From: Octopus vulgaris
Lineage: Eukaryota
Direction: 5' to 3'
Assembly (NCBI GenBank): GCA_951406725.2
Contig: OX597819.1
Coordinates: 63,116,001 to 63,180,000 of the forward strand
Length of the DNA stretch: 64,000 nt
The notes under the pieces were generated by a model. That model had not been told where the DNA came from, did no database searches, and worked only from the letters and a program-made list of their open reading frames with translations. Positions 54,028 through 64,000 of the stretch are shown here, in pieces (positions within the stretch are counted from its first letter, which is position 1; each line of letters begins with the position of its first letter). Position numbers and translations under genes: made by a program.

Positions 54028-57000
54028 ATGCGGTTTAATAATACCAATATGTTGCTGTGACTGCTAAAATATACGACTTGACGTCTTCTCCCGGCATTAC
54101 CTCATTCCAACTGTAATTAATCGTGACCCTGGCGTATTTGCTTTCAAGATTTCTCCTTGAATATGAATGTTCATCCTTGATTTTGTTTCGTCGACTTAAG
54201 ATTTTTAGAAAAAAATAGTCATCTCTTCACAAAATTGTTAGAATTACGAAAGCGACGAAATGGTTGAATCGTTACGAAGTCGGATACAAGTCTTTGTGGA
54301 ATCTCTTCTGGCGTTGCGTTCTGATTTCAAATATCACCGAAGTCGACTTTGCCTTACATACTTTCAGGGTCGGTATACAAGCACCTTCTAAGTATTGGGG
54401 TCGATATAATCGTGTAGCCCACACGAACATGAATATCAGGCCCAGTGCCTATAGCATAAAGAATATTAATAGAATCTCGGTCAATTAAATTCATCGAGCT
54501 TTTTTTAAAAGAAATAACTATTTCCGATACTATTTTCGAAATGAATTAATGACTTCTGTCGTCCAGTTGGTATATTTGCCAAACAGAGGCGACGAAATAT
54601 GCAAATTATTTCTGAAAGAGAGATTAACCAAAACATTAACACTTGTTCTCATAGTTCATAAAATTTATATGTTACACCAGCAGACAGTTTGTTTTAGGGT
54701 GACTGAAGGTGGGGTGGCGAGAAGAAAGCGGTGAGCTGGAATAAGATATTGTCTAGCTTTGATTGAATTTTTCCCCTAATTAATTGATAATTAATTCTAA
54801 CAATTGCAATATATGACGAAATATGCAACTTCTGTCTAAAACTAAGATTATCCGAGACACAACACGTGTTTTTAATTGTTAATAAATTCATGTTACTTAA
54901 ACAGCTTGTAACTTCTGGTATTATACTTCAATGCTAATGCGGAGAGCTGGCAGAATTGTTACCGCATAAAGTTCTTAGCGGCATTTCTTTCCGTTCTTTA
55001 CGTTCTGAGTTCAAATTCCGCAGAGATCAATTTTACGTTCCATTCTTTCGATGTCTAAAAATATAAGTACAATTTGAACATAGGGGTTGAGGCAAACGAC
55101 TTCTCTTCTCTTCAAAGTTGCTGGCTTTGTTTCAAAATGATAAAATATTATACTTCAATGCTCTCAAGGCAGCCAGCTGCCATAATTATTAGAGCGTCGG
55201 AAAATGTTTTCCACTATCACATTGCATTCTGACTTCAGATCCTGCCATGACCAATCTTGCCTTTCAACCATCTGGGATCGATAACATAAATCCTCAAACA
55301 AAAACTGGGAACGATCGTATCAATTGTCTTGCCCCTTCACCATCGCGCAAAGGTTTTGGTCTTGACATTAAATTATAAACCATGATACTTCAATGGTTTC
55401 TATGGTGTATTTCCGTAAGGATTTTTCATAAATGTACTTCACTGGTTACCTGACAGGTAGCCTAGATTCCGCGATTCTCAAGAAAGTGGGGCAATATAAA
55501 CATACTTCACATATATAGATAATAACTATAATACTAACGAACAATATAAATATAACACACGCAGATATACATCGAGTTTCCTTCAACGACTTTAATGTCC
55601 AGAACAGACACAAGAGGTAGAGAGTATCGGTAGTTCGACGGTGAAGCTTCAATTGAATCCTGAATTTCGGCGTCAGTGGAAGGATCAGACTTTCACAGAT
55701 ACCAGTAAACCTAAAATGACTCTCCGGCACAATCAGCTTTACAAAATATGTGGGCAAACCGTACCATTTGAATAAGCGGTTCAAACCATCTGTCGGTGTT
55801 CTATACAGTTTCCGTGTCAAAAATTTAATTCAAGTCTTTGGTAGACACGAGGCAATAGATGGAAGACTAATGTCATATATATCAAGCATTGAGATAGAAC
55901 ATAGAACTGCATCTTTGTTAAGCAAATGTCTCATCCTTCAGCAATGTCGCACCTACGCACGTGTGTAATGTATAATGATAAATAGTTAAAAAAAAAAAAG
56001 AAAGAGTTGAATGACGCACAAGAACAAATGAAGAGTTTAGATGTAACATATTTAACCAACATAAAATAAGAACAGTCATGAACAGATAATATATATCAGA
56101 CCCATCATGAATTATTTTATTCCTGCCTGAGACCACAAATATGTCTACAAATAAGAGACTAAACAGACAAAATATTGTAAATGACATCATCATTGTCTGC
56201 GCATCGACTACGCCAACATACAATGAATGAAACAAATATACTGAAATCAGAAAAAAGAACACCTGGATATATGATAGAATACATTTGTTAGTTTAGCAAG
56301 CTCCAAACTAGACAGCTCGTGCCATGAACATATTCAATCATGCTAAAACAACACAAAATATTTACAATATCACAAAACATTTTCTAAGACAAGATCTTAA
56401 AAACAATTTAGATAAAAATGCATCACAACGTTTACATGAAAAAGCAGACTAGACACACTCTCGTTTCCTCTGGTTATTTATATTAAATTTCTTAAATCGA
56501 GGTTGAAACTGTAGTCATTGAAGAAACGTTTGTGGTCAATCAACATGTTAAAAATTACTACCAAATATCCATCAGACCTCATTTCGACCGTTAGAGGTAT
56601 TCTTATCTGGAAAAGTAGAATCAGTATCAACAACAAACACAATAACATCTTCAAAAGCAACAACAAACCCAACATCTTTGAAAGTGAATTATGTGATAAC
56701 TGACATTAACTGCCGCTTCCCCGTCTGTGTCCATTTACGTTAGTAAAATCTGCTGCTGACAATACTAACTACAGACATGGTGGACTAAACTTGACAGCGA
56801 TATGAATTGAACATGCTTCAGACGCTGTCACTCTAACCCATTTAATGAAGAATGCTATGCTCGGTACTCACTTAAAATTAGTGCAGTGGTAAGTATACAT
56901 GCGTAGTTCACTGTATAAGTGTATAATTTCCCGTTGTTTAGTTTCCTGCATGCATCAAATCTATCATGGCGGAACAAGATTCTACATCAACACTAGGAAA

Positions 57001-57080
57001 AAAAATAACGAACAAAACCAAAGCCAGAGAGCGTGGTTATCAGATATGGTAAGAGAATGAAGTCCTGTAATATTGTTTTC

Positions 57081-59921
57081 GTATTTTTCAGTTTTTTATC
57101 TTATATTTGTCTTATCAACATCTAGTGAAGTAACAAGACTAAAAATATGTGGTTGACCAATATCAATGACTAGAGAACAATGACGAATAAATCAGCTTGG
57201 TTGGTGATCAGGAATGATAAAAACAGGAGATAGTGTGTCTGGTAAGAAGCATTGGCCACTTTAAGTTCTATACTTCGATATTTTGATAGAATGGTTGATA
57301 TTTTCGTCTAACTTAGACTTGGAGAATCAAAAGTTTCAAAAGCAAAACAATATATTTAGTAAATTTCTTATAAATAATTATTACTGAACAACATCAATTA
57401 AAAATATATATATCATTAATAAAAGACAAAGCTAAACTAAAAACAGTTTTATAAATCGGTGAAGATAGGAAGAAAACTGTTGTGCGGTTAATGAAATATA
57501 TCTTTCATCTGTTACCTGGTCCAGTCATTAGACTGCGGCCATACTGGTGCACCAGCTTGAAGAATTTTAGTCAAACGAATCGAGTCCAGTACTTAATTAT
57601 TTAAGCGTGGTACGTATTCTATCGAAGCCTTTTGCCGAACCGCTAATTTACAGGGATATAAACACACCAGGACTGGCTGTGAAGCAGTGGTGGGAACAGA
57701 CACGACACAATGAGACATACACACACACAAATACACGCACACACACACACTCACACACACTCACACACTCTCACTCACTCTCTCACACACATGCGACGGA
57801 CTTCTTTCAGTTTATGTCTACCAAATCCATTCACAAGACACCAGGGTATACTACAAGACACCTGCCAAAACTGACACCCAGTCGGAACCATGTGCTTGGC
57901 AAACACATGTCTTACCTCACAGTCACGGCTGCGCCTATATACATATTTATTTTAAAAAATGAATCGTCACTTAATTGTATTCTTGTATATTGCTCTCATA
58001 TTTTGACACAAATACAACAAGTTCAGGGGAAGATGTTAAGACGGCGAGCTGGCAGAAACGTTAACACGTCGGGCGAAATGCTAAGGGGTATTTCGTCTGC
58101 CGTTACGTTCTGAGTTTAAATTCCGCCGAGGTCGACTTTGCCTTTCATCCTTTCGGGGTCGATAAATTAAGTACCAGTTACGCACTGGGGTCGATGTAAT
58201 CGACTTAAACCCTTTGTCTGTCCTTGTGTGTCCCCTCTATGTTTAGCCCCTTGTGGGTAATAAAGAAATAGGTAAGACGATTATATCAATTGCGGTGGGC
58301 AACTGATACTTTACCTATCGACCCTAAAGAATGAATGGCAAAGTTAAACTCGGAGAAAATTGATCTCAAAACGTAAGGACGGACGAAATGTCGCTAAGCA
58401 TTTTAACCGACGTGTTAACGATAGTCTTAGCACGCAACCTTCTGTTCTTTTATATTGAAGAGACATCACTCCGTCGCTGCATTGCACGTGTTTCTTTCTC
58501 TCCACACATACACGCACTCGCTCATACACAGACACTCGCTCAAACACATACATATAAGAATATATACAGTGCTGGATCTTCGTCATTCGGTGATGCAGGG
58601 TTAGTTATTCACTCAATTGAACTAACTGCTCTTTTCGGAAGGTGTATTTTTCAGTTTTTATCTTATATTTGTCTTATCAACATCTAGTGAAGTAACAAGA
58701 CTAAAAATATGTGGTTGACCAATATCAATGACTAGAGAACAATGACGGATAAATCAGTTTGGTTGGTGATCAGGAATGATAAAAACAGGATATAGTGTGT
58801 CTGGTAAGAAGCATTGGCCACTTTAAGTTCTATACTTCGTTATTTTGATAGAATGGTTGATATTTTCGTCTAACTTTTATCTGACTTGGAGAATCATAAG
58901 TTTCAAAAGCAAAACAATATATTTGGTAAATTTCTCGTAAATATTTATTACCGAACAATATTAATTAAAAATATACATGTCCTTAATAAAAGACAAAGCT
59001 AAACTAAAACAGTTTTATAAATCTGTGAAGATAGGAAGAAAACTGTTGCGTGGTTAATGAAATATATCTTTCATCTGTTACCTGGTCCAGTCATTAGACT
59101 GCGGCCATACTGGGACACCAGCTTGAAGAATTTTAGTCGAACGAATCGAGTCCAGTACTTAATTATTTAAGCGTGGTACGTATTCTATCGAAACCTTTTG
59201 CCGAACCGCTAAATTACAGGGATATAAACACACCAGAACTGGCTGTGAAGCAGTGGTGGGAACAGACACGACACACTGAGACATACACACACACACACAC
59301 ACAAACACACGCGCACAGACACTCACACACACACACACACACATGCGACGGACTTCTTTCAGAATATGTCTACCAAATCCATTCACAAGACTCCAGGCTA
59401 TACTACAAGACACCTGCCAAAACTGACACCTAGTCGGAATCAGTCACGGCTGCGCCTATATACATATTTATTAAGAAAAAATGAATCGACACTTAATCGT
59501 ATTCTTGTATATTGCTTTCAAATTTTGGCACAAATCCATCAAGTTCAGGGGAAGATGGTAAGACGATTATATGAACTGCGGTGGGTAACTGATACTTTAC
59601 CTATCGACCCTAAAGAATGAATGGCAAAGTTAAACTCGGAGAAAATTGATCTCAGAACGTATGGAAGGACGAAATGTCGCTAAGCATTTTAACCGACGTG
59701 TTAACGATACTGTCAGCCCGCAACCTTCTGTTCTTTTATATTGAAGCAACATCACTCCGTCGCTGCATTGCACGTGTTTCTCTCGTTCTCCACACATACG
59801 TACACTCGCTCATACTCAGACACTCGCTCAAACACGTACATATAAGAATATATACAGTGCTGGATCTTCGTCATTCGGTGATGCAGGGTTAGTTATTCAC
59901 TCAATTGAACTAACTGCTCTT
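57081..59921 (+). repeat. ~1.3-kb tandem duplication (57081-58633; 58644-59921), each unit containing a SINE B copy (-)
   Basis: Near-identical units from GTATTTTTCAGTTTTT... to ...GAACTAACTGCTCTT. Confidence 0.95.
58044..58270 (+). mobile_element. Young SINE family A inserted in duplicate copy 1 only
   Basis: TSD G(T/G)TAAGACG at 58035-58043 and 58271-58279; empty site GATGGTAAGACGATTAT in copy 2. Confidence 0.95.
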
Positions 59922-60285
59922 GAGCACACACAAACTATCACAACGTCTAACAAGCCTGTTTTTATTCATATATAATTACAGATATATTTCACGCGATGGG
60001 CTTCAGTAAAGTTTCCGTCTAATTAATTTCGTGGCAAAGCGTGTGCTGAACCAAACAACAAAGCTTATACAAAAATCGTCTGGTCCTAATATGACACGGG
60101 CAGGAATCGAACACGATAATCGTCGTTGCGAAGAACATTTATGCATTCAGCCATAGAACCCCCCCCACACACACACACAAACACACACAAAGACGCGCGC
60201 ACACACACAAATACACAGACACACACATATTTTAATATATATATACATATATACATGTATATATATGTATATATGTATATACCTA

Positions 60286-60337
<52 letters not shown>

Positions 60338-60701
60338 AAATATATATATATGTATAATCTATATAGATTATACACACATATATATATATACATAGATATA
60401 TGCATATATATATATATATATATATGAATATATATTTATATGTATATATCTATATATATATATATATGTACATATATATATTTATATATATATGTATATA
60501 TATATATGTATATATGTATATATGCATATATCTCTCTCTATATATATGTATAATCTATATATATGCGTGTATATATATGTATATATGTATACATATATAT
60601 ATGTATATATATATATATGTATGCATATATATATATATATGTATATATATATGTATATATGTATGCATATATATATTTATACACGTACATATATGCATAC
60701 A

Positions 60702-60765
<64 letters not shown>

Positions 60766-61286
60766 CATACATATATAGATATATGTATATGCGTGTGTGA
60801 ATGCATACGCACACATATATATTAGTGATTGAGAGAAAAAAAGAAAGGGAAAACACACAGACAGATTTATGATGCATATATCTCGATATTATTGGAGGTA
60901 AAACCTTCAGCCATTAACGAAAGACAAATAGAATCTAACGCATCTCCTACATATATCAGCATTATCTAAATTATCTGTCAGCTTATGCCTTCAGGTATAT
61001 AAACAATTTGTTCAAGAATGTGTGACATGTTGTCTTAAAGAGACAATGCATTTAATCTACAGACAATTACGAAGTCAAATCAAAGTACAATCATTATTAC
61101 ACCTACACAACAAAGCGGAGCACGTTGATGAACATATATAGGATGTTGAAGGTTGTACACACACGTATATCCATACATGCACAACATATCTATATATTAC
61201 TTATATATATATATATCTTACTATATGTAGAAAGATAAATATATCAGTGATATACATACATACATACATATATATATATGTAGATA

Positions 61287-61681
61287 TCTTTATATATAAA
61301 AGTGAGGTTGTGTGCTGTCTGCCTCCTACGATTTAGATTCCTAACTGCTCCCACATTTTGCGGTGCAGTTTAACCAAAACCGGGTATCTTATAGTCGTGA
61401 TTCATATCGAGCCCTTCTGGGTATTAGCGCGCTTCTACGATGAGTCTACGATTAAAAAAAAAATTACCATCAGTCTTTCCCATTTTTAATGCATTTTTGG
61501 CATATATAAGGGAAGTAACTCTCTAAAACTTTATTATTAAATCTCAGAACGTAAAAAGCTACAGTAACACCACACCCCTTTGTGGTTAGCCATATTGAGA
61601 TGGCTATTATACTTTACATCTCTAAAAATGCTTATATAGTTATTTCCCTTACAAACCTGAGCAACGCCGGGCGATACTGCT

Positions 61682-61683
<2 letters not shown>
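61287..61683 (+). mobile_element. Non-autonomous Helitron
   Basis: A|TCTTTATATATAAAAG 5' end, subterminal hairpin CCTGAGCAACGCCGGG, 3' end CTTG|T (CTAG variant), no TSD. Confidence 0.75.
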
Positions 61684-61717
<34 letters not shown>

Positions 61718-61720
<3 letters not shown>

Positions 61721-61854
61721 CTTGCTTACGAACCACATGGTTCCGGGTTCAGTCCCACTGCGTGACAACTTGGTCAAGTGCTTTCTACTATAGCCTCGGG
61801 CCTTGTGAGTGGAATTGGTAGACGGAAACTGAAAGAACCCTGTCGTATATATGC

Positions 61855-61899
<45 letters not shown>

Positions 61900-62117
61900 T
61901 CTCTGTTTGCGTGTCTGTGTTTGTCACCCCAATATCGCTTGACAACCGATGCTGGTGTGTTTATGTCCCCGTATCTCAGCGGTTCGAGAAAAGAGTACCG
62001 ATAGAGTAAGTACTAGGCTTTCAAAGAATAAGTCCTGGGGTCGATTTGCTCGACTAAAGGCGGTGCTCCAGCATGACCACAGTCAATTGGCTGAAACAAG
62101 TAAAAGAGAAAAAGAGT
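61718..62117 (+). mobile_element. SINE family B (near full length)
   Basis: GGGTTCAGTCCCACTGCG head, internal (TA)n, tail ending GAAACAAGTAAAAGAG. Confidence 0.88.
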
Positions 62118-63349
62118 AATATATATATAGGGAGAGTGTATGAGACAGAGGGGTTGAGAGGTGTAGTTGTGGCTTTGTGGTGAGATGTATGCTTCCCAAT
62201 CATATGGGTCCGGGTTAAGTCTTACTGCGTGGCACCTTGGGCATGTGTTTATTTAGCGTGGGGCAGACCAAATCTTTGGGAATGGGTTTCGTGGACATAT
62301 GTATTCTTTATGTATTCTTTATATTTGTTTAAATCATTTGCCTGCAGCCATGCTGGAGCATCGCCTTTATTCGAAAAAAATTTCTTTGTAAGTACATATT
62401 CTGTCGGATTCATATTTGTCGCACAACATCAGTCGCCAAGCGATGGTAGTGGTGGGAACACAAACACAGACACATAAATACACATACACACACTCTTGTA
62501 TTTTTCTACATATAATAATAATATATTTGGCGAGGTCCGTACCCCCTTGACACTTATGTGAGCATATATTCCTGTAAATTTGGTACGACTCTATACACTG
62601 TCTCTCTCTCCTACATTTCTCTGCTTTTCACACTTTGCTTTCTACTTTGATCTGTCCCCTTCTCTCTCTCTCTCTCTCTCTCTACTTCTCTCCCTTTTCT
62701 CTTTTCTTGCCTCTGATTCTTTGGTCTACTCTTCCCCCACTCTTACATTTCTCTGTCTTTCTTACTTTGCACTCACAAGTCAATCTTTGACACCCACTCC
62801 TTCTCCCCTCTCTAATTCCTTCTTTCTCTCTCTTCTCTCCCCTTTGTTGCCTTCGTCCCTCTTTTTTCTCTCTCTCTTTGTTTCCTTTGCCCCCTTTCTT
62901 TTCTCTTTCTTCTCTCATGTGACCGCTGGTCAAAATCAGCCTTTTGGCCTTCGACCACAGCCATGAGAACATCTGTTGTCTTCGTCTGCCGATAAAGGCA
63001 TTTTCCCAAAATACGCCAGCTAAACTTGTACTGTTATTAGTCGTAAGACACCTGCTGTTTTCGTCCTATTTTTACCATTATTGCTTCTTGTATTTCATTT
63101 TTGTTTTTTGTATTTTATATTCGTGTGGCATCGTCCGTTTTTCTGTCCCTATTTCGTATACATTCGATCCTTCTTCCAAGAAATCTAATGCTCGTAGCTT
63201 AGTTTTTCTAATGCTCGTAGCTTAGTTTTCCTGGGGGCTGGCCGGATCGGAGCGATCTCAAGATTAATCAGCCGAAATTGCTACGATGATCCGGTTCTTG
63301 ACTGAAGATTGAGTGTTTTGCGTTCTTGTCCCAGTTTGTATTTTTCTAC

Positions 63350-63384
<35 letters not shown>

Positions 63385-63779
63385 TATATATATGCTCTGA
63401 GTTCAAATTCCGATGAGGTCGACTTTGCCTTTCACCCTTTCGGGATCGATAAATTAAGTACCAGGTTGATCTATTCGACTGGCCTCCTCTCCCCAAATTT
63501 CGGGCCTTGTGCCTAGAATAGACAGGATAAGAATTCCTCCTGGCAAAGCTCCATTCACTTTGGGTAATGGAAAAGAACCACCTTCTTCCACGTGATATTA
63601 ATTACACACACACACACACACACACATAGGGACATATATATCTGTGTGTGTATGTGTGCATGTGTGTGTGAGTGTGTGTTTGAGGGTGCATGCGTGTTTG
63701 TTTTGCGCGTAGTTATGGATGTATTCCGTCAATTCGTCGAATGTTTAACGACTTTCATTTTGTTGTCCTCTATTGTGCA

Positions 63780-64000
63780 CCTCTTCCTCCTCTCTCTCTC
63801 TCTCATCTCCTCCTCCTCCTCCTACTCTCTCTCTTCTCTTCCACTTCCTCCTCATCCTCTCTCTCTTCTTCTCCTCCTCCTCCTCCTCTTCCTCTCTTTC
63901 TTCTCTTCCACTTTCCTCCTCCTCCTCTCTCTCTTCTCCTCCTCCTCCTCTTCCTCTCTTTCTTCTCTTCCACTTCCTCCTCGTCCTCTCTCCTCCTCCT
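63780..64000. repeat. Polypyrimidine (CT/CCT) tract
   Basis: Directly visible; a similar tract lies at 62600-62915. Confidence 0.9.

Noticed and set aside
62980-63310. HHR-like remnants (CCGATAA...CAAAA; GGCTG...CAGCC GAAA)
   Set aside because: Core boxes too degenerate and stem I absent.

Overview
AT-rich, microsatellite-saturated animal genomic DNA, not prokaryotic. The repeat families resemble those I recall from Octopus genomes (inference, no database check). Almost all ORFs in the supplied track are read-throughs of (TA)n/(CA)n/(TAA)n/(GATA)n arrays. The window is dominated by transposon debris: three tRNA-derived SINE families, R4/Dong-like and other RLE LINE 3' ends, RTE fragments, a Charlie/Buster-type hAT with an 8-bp TSD, three mariner/Tc1 remnants, a non-autonomous Helitron and a decayed Penelope-like (PLE) reverse transcriptase. 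The most striking signal is about 12 minimal type I hammerhead-ribozyme (HHR) motifs (CUGANGA / stem II / GAAA / short palindromic stem III / NUH, closed by stem I) belonging to several unrelated short elements. Most are fold-back elements sitting in (TA)n tracts, and one family carries Pol III B-box-like motifs upstream of the HHR. Five motifs have intact catalytic cores. A few splice-site-bounded open segments on the minus strand hint at a long-intron host gene (low confidence).
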